Below the pieces are notes generated by a model that did no database searches, was not told the DNA's origin, and saw nothing but the letters and a program-made list of their open reading frames with translations. Below, one piece after another: positions 46,770-55,999 of a DNA stretch of 64,000 nucleotides; position 1 is the stretch's first letter; the number at the start of each line of letters is the position of its first letter. Origin of the DNA: Candidatus Bathyarchaeia archaeon (GTDB lineage Archaea > Thermoproteota > Bathyarchaeia > Bathyarchaeales > Bathycorpusculaceae); the NCBI GenBank assembly GCA_038883855.1, contig JAVZLH010000001.1:96001-160000 (forward strand). Reading direction: 5' to 3'. The translations under genes and the position numbers were made by a program.

Positions 46770-49443
46770 AGCGTTCCAGTTTTGTTAATCCTATTATTTC
46801 GTCGAAGTCTAAACCTAAAGCATCTAAAACCTGGTCGAATGTTGAGTGGAGATAGGCTATGTACTTGTCAACATCTATCTCGTTTTTTGTTGCCAACTCC
46901 ACCGGTTTAACATGGGGTTCGTTGACGACTTTCACGAAGCTTATTAAGTCGCCTGCTTTAGGCTCTACGCCTCCTTCTTTTAGAATTCTTGCTGCTTTAA
47001 CATGTTGAGGTGTTGTTTTTGTGTAACGTTCTGGCTCTTCGCCTAAGACCACGTTGAAGGCGAGTTCGTTTAGGCTTTCCCACTCGCGTCTTTTCAATCG
47101 CATGTAACAGTCGCGGATGTTTCGGATAATATCCTTTTTTGCGTCTTCGAAGTCTGCTGGAGTTTTCACGGCGGCTAAGCGTTCTTTCATTTTGTCGAAA
47201 GCCTTCTTGATAAACAGCGGTATGTGCCTCTTTTTGCCTGTCAACCCTTTCACGTCAACGCTTCCGTCCTCTAAAACTCCTAAATAATTCTTTTTTCTTG
47301 AGCTAAAAACTGCATATCGGTAAACCTTGTCCACATCCAAGCTCATTTTCAGTTCGCGTTCAGTCCACTCTCCCAACTCGCGGATTTGCTCTTTTGAAGG
47401 GTTCTTTAGGAAAACGCTGTCCGTGTCACCATAAAGCACTTTTATGCCCAACTCCTCCGCCCTATTAATTATTTGGGTTATTGCGTGTCTTCCAATGGCT
47501 GCTGTTGCCTCCGCAACTGGCGGGCAATATAAGTCGAAGGTTTCAGCCCCGAAGACTCCGTAGCTGGCGTTTAAAATTACCTTGAGGGCTCCTTGAATGA
47601 TGTTGTACCAGCTTCTCAACTCTGCCGTCAAAGCCTTGTCTTTAGATTTCGGCTTGTACCATTGTACTCGCAAATCTCTAAGTGAACCTATCAGAAGACT
47701 TTCTAAACCCCGCTTTTTTGTGCAGACCCAATGGGGTGTTCCTGGAACAAGGTTTGTGTGGCATTCTGGATGCGGACACAAAATGGACTGGTAGCCTAGG
47801 TTCCAAACTTTTATTATTGATGGGTATAGGCTTGGGAAATCCATTATGGCAACGTTGAAGTGGACGCCTGGGACTGGTTCAACAACTATGGCGCCCTTGT
47901 ACTTTTTGCCTTTAATTATGGCTTTTGTGGCTGTCTTGCCTTTTAAGGCCAGTATGTCTTCGGCGTTTGGGATGAGCATGTTTCTTCTGCGGTGTTCTCG
48001 GTGCATGAAATTTCTTATCCAGCGGGAAACTCCTTGGCGACTAACGTCTTCCATTGGCATGCTGCTGATTCTGGCTAAAACAAGGATAAGCTTCATCACC
48101 AGCTCATCTTCGAAGCTTGTAAGCGTGAATGTGATTTCAGCGTCTCTAAAACAGTATTGGGCAAGCTCAGTGTAGGTTAACTCTCCTATGCCCTTTTCTA
48201 GAGGTATCTTCTCCATTCCGACAAGGGCTTTGCCCACATCGTCGAGCGTAACATCTCGATAGCGGTTGTTGAAGGCGTAAATTTGGATTGAGCGGTTAAA
48301 GAAGAACTTGTAAAGGTCTATGTGGACACCATATTTTAGAAGACATACACGCCTACCTACATCTATTGGGACGTCGTCCCTTCTGAAACCGAAATTCTGC
48401 GCTCGATGAGCCAGATAACGCAGGTCAAAATCGTCGCCATTAAAAGTTACTACGAAGGGATAACTCCACAGAACATCAAAAATGGCTTTTATAAGCTTCT
48501 CTTCCGAATCAAAATACACAAGCTCCACACCAGCTGGTAAACGCTCAGCGCCTTCGCGGACCCCTTCCCGCCTTAAAAGTAAAACCTTCTTTTGTCCATC
48601 CGAACCATAAATTGAAGCGCAAACAACAGGGTAAGCAGCTTCTCGGGGGTCCGGCATTCTTGTTGGAACTGGCGTGTGCACCTCTATGTCGATGGCGGCA
48701 CGGTGAAACTTTGGAGCTGGATACTCCAGAAGCCTAGCCCACTGCTCAATATGTTCAAGCTCCTCTGGATGAGCGTCTCTAAATATTCCCTTTATTTTCT
48801 GGATGTTCTCCTCTACTTCTTCCAATCGTTTTGGAACCAGTTTGCCGTCTCTAACCTCATATATCATTCCCGGCCAAAGTTCACGGTCATAAATGTAGGA
48901 CTGGTAATACTTTATCTTGGACTCCCAAACTTTAATTGCCTCTGCTGGTATTGGGGTATCTGAAACTTTTGGGAAGTCCTCTGGGATTATGTCCCTTATG
49001 CATCCTGTTGGGCGTCCACCAATGGCTAACGGGTCTTTCGCCACTATTTTCGTTACTTTAACCATTTTATCTTGTAGCGGGTCAAACCTCTCTTCGAGTT
49101 CGAAATGGTCAAACCCTGGATGTTTTGTTAGGCGGTCTATTTTCTCAAGCTCGTATGGTGAGAGGTTTGTTAGGCAGTAGGGTTTATGTCCAGAATTGTC
49201 ATACCAAAAATAGATTTTCCCTGATGTTGGCTCGTAAAGTTTGATTAGGGCTTTTCCAGCTTTTCCGTCGTATGTGGCTGAAACAAAATATGAGGGCGGC
49301 AAGTTTTCAGGAGCCAACGGGGGAAAAGTACGCTGTCTTTTTTCTTTTTTTATGGCTTCTGTGAAGGGCAAGGCTTCCGTTTTGGCCTCTTCTTTGGGCT
49401 CTGCTCTTGGAAGCGAAAATTCGTCGAGACTTCTCTGCGCCAT
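46762..49443 (-). CDS. polB: Family B DNA polymerase (PolB1 type)
   Basis: Exo DIE, FNGDDFD, YCFRD; pol DFPSLYPS, KVILNASYG, YGDTDS, KKNY; N-terminal YDG..KA..KLY..GHKPY. Confidence 0.95.
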   Translation of the reverse strand: MAQRSLDEFSLPRAEPKEEAKTEALPFTEAIKKEKRQRTFPPLAPENLPPSYFVSATYDGKAGKALIKLYEPTSGKIYFWYDNSGHKPYCLTNLSPYELEKIDRLTKHPGFDHFELEERFDPLQDKMVKVTKIVAKDPLAIGGRPTGCIRDIIPEDFPKVSDTPIPAEAIKVWESKIKYYQSYIYDRELWPGMIYEVRDGKLVPKRLEEVEENIQKIKGIFRDAHPEELEHIEQWARLLEYPAPKFHRAAIDIEVHTPVPTRMPDPREAAYPVVCASIYGSDGQKKVLLLRREGVREGAERLPAGVELVYFDSEEKLIKAIFDVLWSYPFVVTFNGDDFDLRYLAHRAQNFGFRRDDVPIDVGRRVCLLKYGVHIDLYKFFFNRSIQIYAFNNRYRDVTLDDVGKALVGMEKIPLEKGIGELTYTELAQYCFRDAEITFTLTSFEDELVMKLILVLARISSMPMEDVSRQGVSRWIRNFMHREHRRRNMLIPNAEDILALKGKTATKAIIKGKKYKGAIVVEPVPGVHFNVAIMDFPSLYPSIIKVWNLGYQSILCPHPECHTNLVPGTPHWVCTKKRGLESLLIGSLRDLRVQWYKPKSKDKALTAELRSWYNIIQGALKVILNASYGVFGAETFDLYCPPVAEATAAIGRHAITQIINRAEELGIKVLYGDTDSVFLKNPSKEQIRELGEWTERELKMSLDVDKVYRYAVFSSRKKNYLGVLEDGSVDVKGLTGKKRHIPLFIKKAFDKMKERLAAVKTPADFEDAKKDIIRNIRDCYMRLKRREWESLNELAFNVVLGEEPERYTKTTPQHVKAARILKEGGVEPKAGDLISFVKVVNEPHVKPVELATKNEIDVDKYIAYLHSTFDQVLDALGLDFDEIIGLTKLERFM

Positions 49444-49524
49444 AGTCGCCTTAACCTAACTTTTTGTTAATGGATAGGATAGACTAAAATCTTACTAAAC
49501 CTAGATTCTACGGCTGGGAAGAAG

Positions 49525-50877
49525 TTGCTTAAGGAAGCTTGGATGCTTGCAATTGAAACCCTAAGCTGGATGGAAACGCAAAAATTAAGCGAACGTCTAG
49601 CCTTGGCAAAAACTGTTAAGCAACTAGGCATAAGCGACGTTGACGCCATAAGATTTGCTCACGGACTTGTTTGCGAAACCGTTAGGCGCCGCAACCTAAT
49701 CGACAAGTTCATTAACAACGTTTTGAAGCCAAGGGCAATAAGCGAGTTAACCCAAGGCGTCCAAGCCTTTCTAAGGCTTTACGTTTATCAGACGCGAATA
49801 GCCAAAAACTGGTCGAAAATCGACATTGAAGAAGCCCAAAACATAGCCAAACTAGCCCGTGCAATTTTAGGATGGAAAACTCTCCAAAAAGTTGAACATG
49901 TGCTAGGCTTATTACTTACAGAGAATCCAGCGGCAATATTGAAGGATGTTAGCGACGAAGAAAGAATTGGACTTTTAACCTTCCACCCAACATGGTTTGT
50001 TAAGTACTGCACTAAACTTTTTGGCAGAAAAGAAGCTATAGCCTTGCTGGAAGCAAACGCAGAGCCGCCGCCAACATACATAAGAATAAACACGCTTAAG
50101 GCAACTGAAAACCAGATTCTCGAAAAACTCTCGCAAGAAGGAATACACGTTGAGAAAGTTGAGGGTTTAAAGTACGCCTACAAAGTTTTAGGCGCAAAAA
50201 AGCCTTTAACCAGAACAGCAAGCTTCCAAGAAGGCTTATTCTATATTCAAGACAAGGCAAGCTGTTTTGCCGCTGAAGCTGCAAATCCAAAACCAGGAGC
50301 AACTGTGCTAGACGTTTGTGCGGCACCTGGAGCAAAGACGACTTTTCTAGCGCAGTTAATGGAGAATCGCGGCTTAATTTATTCCATTGACTATTCACGG
50401 CGTAGGATGGATGTTTGGCAAAGCGAAGTCTCCCGTATGGGTGTAAAAATAGCCTTGCCTATTATAGCAGATGCGTGCAATCCGCTGCCAATAGTTCCTG
50501 AAGTGGACATGGTTGTGTTGGACCCGCCATGCACAAGCACTGGCGCCTTTGGAAAGCTTCCTTCAGCCAAGTGGAGGCTTACGCAGCGTTTCGTTGAGAA
50601 GATGTCTGAAATACAGTGGCAGATGATAAACAACTGTGCTGAAAAGGTTAAGTCTGGAGGCGTGTTGGTCTATTCGACGTGCAGCATAACAGTTGAGGAA
50701 AACGAAATGCTTGTTGAAAAGTTTCTTAAGTGGCATCCAGAATTTTCGCTAATGGAAATAACGCCTAACATTGGTTTGCCGGGTTTAAGGGGCATGGAAA
50801 AGTGCCAGAGGCTTTACCCGCACATACATGAATGTAACGGCTTTTTCATTGCAAAACTGTTAAAGAACAGAATCTAA
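49525..50877 (+). CDS. RsmB/NOP2 family RNA m5C methyltransferase with NusB-like N-domain
   Basis: IRINTLK, QDKAS, DVCAAPGAKT, DPPCTSTG, YSTCS..EENE, GFFIA. Confidence 0.93.
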   Translation: MLKEAWMLAIETLSWMETQKLSERLALAKTVKQLGISDVDAIRFAHGLVCETVRRRNLIDKFINNVLKPRAISELTQGVQAFLRLYVYQTRIAKNWSKIDIEEAQNIAKLARAILGWKTLQKVEHVLGLLLTENPAAILKDVSDEERIGLLTFHPTWFVKYCTKLFGRKEAIALLEANAEPPPTYIRINTLKATENQILEKLSQEGIHVEKVEGLKYAYKVLGAKKPLTRTASFQEGLFYIQDKASCFAAEAANPKPGATVLDVCAAPGAKTTFLAQLMENRGLIYSIDYSRRRMDVWQSEVSRMGVKIALPIIADACNPLPIVPEVDMVVLDPPCTSTGAFGKLPSAKWRLTQRFVEKMSEIQWQMINNCAEKVKSGGVLVYSTCSITVEENEMLVEKFLKWHPEFSLMEITPNIGLPGLRGMEKCQRLYPHIHECNGFFIAKLLKNRI

Positions 50878-51773
50878 CGTTTTCTTGTTTTCCCTAGTTT
50901 GCAGAGTAGTTCAAAAATTATTTTTGCTGCTTGAATAGCTGAAACGCCTTGGTCATAGTTTGGTGCAACTTCAACCACGTCAAAGCCTACCACACGGCTA
51001 TCGCAAAGGGCGCATAGAATATCAAGCAACGTGTGTGTTTCGATCCCTTCCGGTTCTGGGTTTTGCACTGCTGGCGCATAAGCGGGGTCTAAAACATCCA
51101 TGTCTACGGATAAATAGAGGCTTTCTATTCCAGCCAGTTCCTTATTCAACAACTTTACAATTTGCATGCTACCTTTTTTTCTGATTTGCTGTGCTGTGAA
51201 AAACTGTATGCCCGCCTCTTCTGCATATTTGAGTTCTTCTTTGCAGACTGCTCTTGTGCCCACTTCAATTATTTTTGCTGGCTTTGCCTCTTCGTTTATT
51301 CTGCGCATAAACGTTGTGTGAGAAAGTTTGAGTCCCATAAACTCGTCTCGAAGGTCAAGGTGCGCATCAAAACTCACAACAGCTGTTTTATTGGCTTTTC
51401 TGCCTAAGCCTTTAACTGCTCCCAAAGTTATTGTGTGTTCGCCGCCCATGACGACTGGCGTTTTTTCAGCTTCCAGAATTTCTTTAACAACAAGCCCGAG
51501 TCTTTTCATGGTTTCAGCAGTATCCATATATACGTGTAAATCGCCTAAATCGTGCAGTTGCAAATTTTCCACGTCAAAGCCAGCGCGGAAACTGTAGGTT
51601 TCAATGTTTAGTGATGCCTCCCTTATGGCGTTTGGACCAAACCGCGCTCCAGTTCTATAGGTGCTTGTGGCATCAAATGGAACGCCTAAAATTATGTAAT
51701 CTGCTTTTTCGAAGGGTTTTTGGAAACCGCTGAAAACATTGGATTGTGAAACGAAAATTTCGCGGTAACCCAT
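50874..51773 (-). CDS. speB: Agmatinase (ureohydrolase)
   Basis: GVPFD, GARFGP, GGEH, DAHLD, SVDMDVLDPAYAP, DVVE. Confidence 0.92.
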   Translation of the reverse strand: MGYREIFVSQSNVFSGFQKPFEKADYIILGVPFDATSTYRTGARFGPNAIREASLNIETYSFRAGFDVENLQLHDLGDLHVYMDTAETMKRLGLVVKEILEAEKTPVVMGGEHTITLGAVKGLGRKANKTAVVSFDAHLDLRDEFMGLKLSHTTFMRRINEEAKPAKIIEVGTRAVCKEELKYAEEAGIQFFTAQQIRKKGSMQIVKLLNKELAGIESLYLSVDMDVLDPAYAPAVQNPEPEGIETHTLLDILCALCDSRVVGFDVVEVAPNYDQGVSAIQAAKIIFELLCKLGKTRKR

Positions 51774-51833
51774 TTCTATTATTCTTCCTACACTTTGTTC
51801 CTAGAGGTATGCTCCGAGCTCTTTTTAAAATTT

Positions 51834-52335
51834 CTACTTCCGAAAGGCAAAACACAGCCTTGCCAAATAAGCGATGATGCCTAAAAGGAAGGATAAGCTG
51901 CAAAGTCCGTAGATAACAGTGTATTGGTAAGGAACCAGAATGTTAATGAAGGGATTTCCTTGCAGCGGATAAAAGGGCGCCATTTCCCCATAAAGAAACG
52001 AGTCTAAAAACACATGCGAATAAACTCCTACAAAAGACGTTAAAAATATCCTCTTAAAAGAAGTCTTCTGCGGAATTCTGAAAAACGCCATCTTTGCCAA
52101 ACAATTCCCTAAGCGGATAAACAACTGCTGTGACAAAAAATGCCAGAATTGACGCGCTTAAATATGAGTGGAAAAAACCGTGAAGCGGATAACCAGAAAC
52201 GCCAAAAAACACCACATAGAGCGGCTCCACGTCTGGAATGACGCTTGCTATTAGAAGTGCTGGCAAATCAAAAAATGTGAATAAGGCTAGACCTAACAAC
52301 AACGCTGGACCAAAATGGAATGGAGTAAAGGGCAT
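51834..52335 (-). pseudogene. Membrane metal-dependent hydrolase (DUF4184/YbcI-like), frameshift at ~52100
   Basis: MPFTPFH..PDVEP..HGFFHS in one frame; SHVFLD..PFYP.GNP in the next. Confidence 0.7.
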
Positions 52336-52439
52336 AACCAAACCTTCTCTGCATAAATGTTGTTCCACTATTGACCAGTGACGGTATAATATTTATTAAT
52401 TTATTGCTGTTAATGCATTTGTTAAAAAGGGTGCAAAAC

Positions 52440-52793
52440 ATGGCGCTAAAATCTAAGCTTAAAATTGAAGGCAAGGGCATCGCAGCGTCCTTCATCTTTT
52501 ACGCTGTTGCTGGAATAATTTTCTTCATTGTTTTACCTTTAGCCTTTTTCCCACCCCACATTGGCATAATCGGAATCCTAAGTCTGCTCACAGCCTACGG
52601 CTTGCTAAAGAAAAGAGTTTGGGCAGTTTGGCTTGTTGTCATGTTATTCTTTATCAACACAACTTTTTCGTTGGTTACACTTTACTACTTTTTTCTGGGA
52701 GATATGCTCATTGAGGTGGGCGCGGCTGCATACTTAATTCTCACATGGATTTTCACAGCATACATCGTTGCAAAAAGGGAGACAATAAAGTAG
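52440..52793 (+). CDS. Small four-helix membrane protein
   Basis: Four hydrophobic segments; AYGLLKKRVWA motif; SD GGGTG before ATG 52440. Confidence 0.7.
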   Translation: MALKSKLKIEGKGIAASFIFYAVAGIIFFIVLPLAFFPPHIGIIGILSLLTAYGLLKKRVWAVWLVVMLFFINTTFSLVTLYYFFLGDMLIEVGAAAYLILTWIFTAYIVAKRETIK

Positions 52794-52803
52794 AAACTTC
52801 TCT

Positions 52804-53670
52804 TTAAGCAGCTTTCATTTCTCTTTTAAGGATATCGCGCATTTTCACTGCGTCCACATCAAGAACCGGGCTTTCGCTTATGATGACCGGGTTCAATTTG
52901 AACTCAGCTATAACTTTTGCTAGCATTTCAAAATCTGGGCCGTATTCGGCTTCCTCCATTGTGTGGTGTTGTTTCTCGCCTTTATCCGTGAATTCCACCT
53001 TCGTGAAGTGGCAATGCATATTTTTAACGGTTTCAGTTCCCAAGCGCTTTTCAATTTCCGCAACAACTTCACGAAAATCCTCAACAGTCTTGAAACGCCC
53101 CTTGCCCCTTGCGTGCAAGTGCGCCCAGTCAATGACCGGACTCGTTCGCTCAACTTCCTCGCAGAGGCCCAAAACTTCGTCTAAACTCCCAAATTGGGAA
53201 GGCTTGCCCATAGTTTCTGGGCCTAGTCTTACATTCTTAATTCCAAGCGTGCTCATGGCTTCAACAACTTCTTTTAAGGCCTCAATACATTTTTTAAAAA
53301 CATCTTTTGGCGCGTTTTTACCGTAAAACCCTGAGTGGAAAACCACTATGTATGATTTCAGCCAGTCGGCCGCGGTTGCGCCTGCAATTAAGCGTTGTTT
53401 ACTTGCTTCAACAACTTGTTTGTTCCCGCAAAAGTTTATGAAGTAGGAGCCATGGAGGCTTAGCAAGACATCAAATTTTTCTGCTTCTCGCCCGAGTTTT
53501 TCAGCCTCTTCCCTCTTTATCTGCGGTTTTACGCCCCATCGAACCGCTTGATATTCAAAGGCGTCAAGTCCCTCTTCCATAAGAAGTCTAGGGACGTCCG
53601 TTAAACCAGCTTTTCTAGCTCTAAAGGATGGAGGGACTCCGGCGGGACCGAATCTTGTACGGTTAGTCAT
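52804..53670 (-). CDS. nfo: Endonuclease IV (AP endonuclease family 2)
   Basis: FGPAG, SLHGSYFIN, VFHSG, PETMGK, DWAH.HAR, HCHF, GEKQH, ISESP. Confidence 0.92.
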   Translation of the reverse strand: MTNRTRFGPAGVPPSFRARKAGLTDVPRLLMEEGLDAFEYQAVRWGVKPQIKREEAEKLGREAEKFDVLLSLHGSYFINFCGNKQVVEASKQRLIAGATAADWLKSYIVVFHSGFYGKNAPKDVFKKCIEALKEVVEAMSTLGIKNVRLGPETMGKPSQFGSLDEVLGLCEEVERTSPVIDWAHLHARGKGRFKTVEDFREVVAEIEKRLGTETVKNMHCHFTKVEFTDKGEKQHHTMEEAEYGPDFEMLAKVIAEFKLNPVIISESPVLDVDAVKMRDILKREMKAA

Positions 53671-53682
53671 TAATTTCCCTTT

Positions 53683-54516
53683 CTACCTTCTCTTAACTGT
53701 TCTGTGTTTGAAAGCTTTCCGCTTGTAGCCGCCGTAAAATAGAGTAGCTAAAGCCGAAATCCAAGCTGCAAGGTTCTGGAAAACCAGATACTTTCCAGCA
53801 CCATCTAACAGAGTTAATGGTCCAATCAAAGAGCCCACGGCGACCACAAAATCCCTAAATCCGGGCGCCACGGCAATTAGCGCGTTATTTATAGCTGAAA
53901 AAAACGCGCCTATAGGGGTGAAAAACTGTGCTGTGCCTTTGATGAAGTTGAGTAGTGAGGCGTTGCTTTGGTAGGTGCCAGCTATTGTGTGATAAATTAG
54001 ATTAGGATAAGCCAAGAGGGAAATTATGATTATGAGAGTTCCAAAAGTCAGCAGCAATGTTAAAGTGCTTTTTATTGCGGTTCTAGCGAAATGTATTTTT
54101 TGCCAAATGTAGGCTATTCCCTTAAATTTTAAAAGTCTCCTTTTCGCTCCATCAAAAAACCTCTTTAGAAGTCCCGTTTTCTGTTCTCCTTTTGTAGATG
54201 CCTTGGTCTTGGTTTTTAATGTTTCAGCGGGTTTTATCGTGAAGTAGCTTGTTAAACATATCCAGCTGAAAATGAGCGATAGGATGACGGCTGCGGGAAC
54301 TAGATGGAATATTGGGCTAATCGTTAAAACGAAATTCCAATCCGTGCCCGGAAATATGAAACTCCATTGTAACAGTCCTTTGTCTTCTACCCCTAAGCTA
54401 ATGGCATAAAGAGCAACCAGATACTCGGTTAAAATAGCTATCAAAATGAAAAGAATTATCGCAGCTGCTCCCTTTAGTGTGGTCCAACGAATGACCAGAC
54501 GTTTTTGAGTTACCAT
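53683..54516 (-). CDS. Hypothetical membrane protein
   Basis: 277-aa ORF with several TM segments (ISPIFHLVP, KYLVFQNLAAW). Confidence 0.7.
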   Translation of the reverse strand: MVTQKRLVIRWTTLKGAAAIILFILIAILTEYLVALYAISLGVEDKGLLQWSFIFPGTDWNFVLTISPIFHLVPAAVILSLIFSWICLTSYFTIKPAETLKTKTKASTKGEQKTGLLKRFFDGAKRRLLKFKGIAYIWQKIHFARTAIKSTLTLLLTFGTLIIIISLLAYPNLIYHTIAGTYQSNASLLNFIKGTAQFFTPIGAFFSAINNALIAVAPGFRDFVVAVGSLIGPLTLLDGAGKYLVFQNLAAWISALATLFYGGYKRKAFKHRTVKRR

Positions 54517-54726
54517 CCCCGGTTCTCACCAGCGAATACATTAACCTCAATTACACTCTAATATGCGATTTTCTAACTAAAAAAGATGACTATGAAACAC
54601 TGGGTATATATTTTCACTCATAATTAGTTAGCCTCAACCTCTTTATTTAACGAATTAATTCAAAGCAGAGAGAGAACAAAACTGTGAATACTACTCAAGG
54701 GTGGAATGCATCTGTTGGCTTCATCC

Positions 54727-54885
54727 TTAGGAAAATGGGAACTCGTTTCCGCATTTTGGGCATTTAACCATGGAGCATTGTACGGAAGAGGGGCAGCCGG
54801 AGCAGGCAAATGCCCTGCCATATGTTATGTCAAAAGTGAAACCACATTTCGGGCATTTCACCAAATGCTTGGAATGCGTGTTCAG
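54727..54885 (-). CDS. 52-aa seven-cysteine microprotein (not in ORF track; CTG, TTG or GTG start)
   Basis: NTHSKHLVKCPKCGFTFDITYGRAFACSGCPSSVQCSMVKCPKCGNEFPFS*; AGGAG upstream of CTG 54885. Confidence 0.75.
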   Translation of the reverse strand: MNTHSKHLVKCPKCGFTFDITYGRAFACSGCPSSVQCSMVKCPKCGNEFPFS

Positions 54886-54991
54886 CGTTTTTCGCTCCTT
54901 TTAAGTAAATCATGGTGGGAAATTTTAAAAATGTTTCTCATAACTCTAAAGTTGATTTACACAAGATTTATTAAATTATTGAGAGGCAAAT

Positions 54992-55999
54992 TTGAAGTTT
55001 GAGACTGGGAAAGGGATGCAGAGAAAAAACAAAGCAGAGCGGTCAGAGCTTTACAGGGACCGTGACGTACAAGTTTTGCTAGGCAAATTTTTAAGCGGAG
55101 AAATCAGCAAGCTTGAGCCCGTTTACGACTCACAGGTTGGTTACCGTTACCCAGCGGTTGAGGAGATAATTGGTGATGTTTCAAAGGTTATGCCTTTTTT
55201 GAACAAGCTTTATGAGGCTGGAATCTTAGAGCGAAAGCTTTACGATAAGGTTATTTATTGCCCAAAATGTGGTTCCGCAAACATTTCTGTTCGTTATTGC
55301 TGCCCCTACTGTAAGTCTTTTGATATCCAAAAAAGTTCCCTCATAGAGCATGTCAAATGTGGGTATATGGATGTGCAAGAGAGCTTCTTGAAAGGGACTG
55401 AGATGGTTTGTCCAAAATGTGGTGAGGAGCTTAAAACAGCTGATGTTGATTATAGGAAGGCTGGAATATGGTGCACTTGTAAGGTTTGCGGGAAAAGTTT
55501 TGACATTCCAGTCTCCGTGCACTTCTGTAGAAATTGCCATGAAAACTTCACTTTTGAAGACGCAAAAATACAGGATGTTTATGTTTACAGTCTCAATGAA
55601 GAAGTAAAGGGAGAGGCTCCGCTCATCTGGGTTTTGGTGACACAAATTCAGGAAATGCTAGTGGAGGATGGCTTTCATGTTGAAAGTCCAGCTTTTATTA
55701 AGGGCAAATCAGGTGCAAACCATAGGTTTGACATTGCGGCGTATAAGGACACTGCTGAAAAATTGATGGTTATCGATTTTGCATCTTCCGTTGAAAGTGA
55801 GATTTCAGAGCAGCCGGTTATCGCTCTTTTCGCCAAAATATTTGATGTTTCTCCTGAAAAGGCTTACCTGATTGCGGTTCCGAGGATTAATGAGAATGGT
55901 AGGAAGATGGCTGAGTTATATAATATTCAGATTATTGAGGCTAGGAATCAGAAGGAAGTTGTAAAGGCTCTAAGAGAGAAACTGAAAAATAACCATTAA
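54992..55999 (+). CDS. TackOD1-like multi-zinc-ribbon protein with C-terminal restriction-endonuclease-like domain
   Basis: wHTH-like GYRYP..L.EAGIL, CPKC, CPYC, IEHVKCG, CPKC, CKVC, CRNC, then GKSGANHRFD. Confidence 0.7.
   Translation: MKFETGKGMQRKNKAERSELYRDRDVQVLLGKFLSGEISKLEPVYDSQVGYRYPAVEEIIGDVSKVMPFLNKLYEAGILERKLYDKVIYCPKCGSANISVRYCCPYCKSFDIQKSSLIEHVKCGYMDVQESFLKGTEMVCPKCGEELKTADVDYRKAGIWCTCKVCGKSFDIPVSVHFCRNCHENFTFEDAKIQDVYVYSLNEEVKGEAPLIWVLVTQIQEMLVEDGFHVESPAFIKGKSGANHRFDIAAYKDTAEKLMVIDFASSVESEISEQPVIALFAKIFDVSPEKAYLIAVPRINENGRKMAELYNIQIIEARNQKEVVKALREKLKNNH

Noticed and set aside
54706-55002. 98-aa plus-strand ORF in the track
   Set aside because: Antisense shadow of the Cys-rich microprotein at 54727-54885
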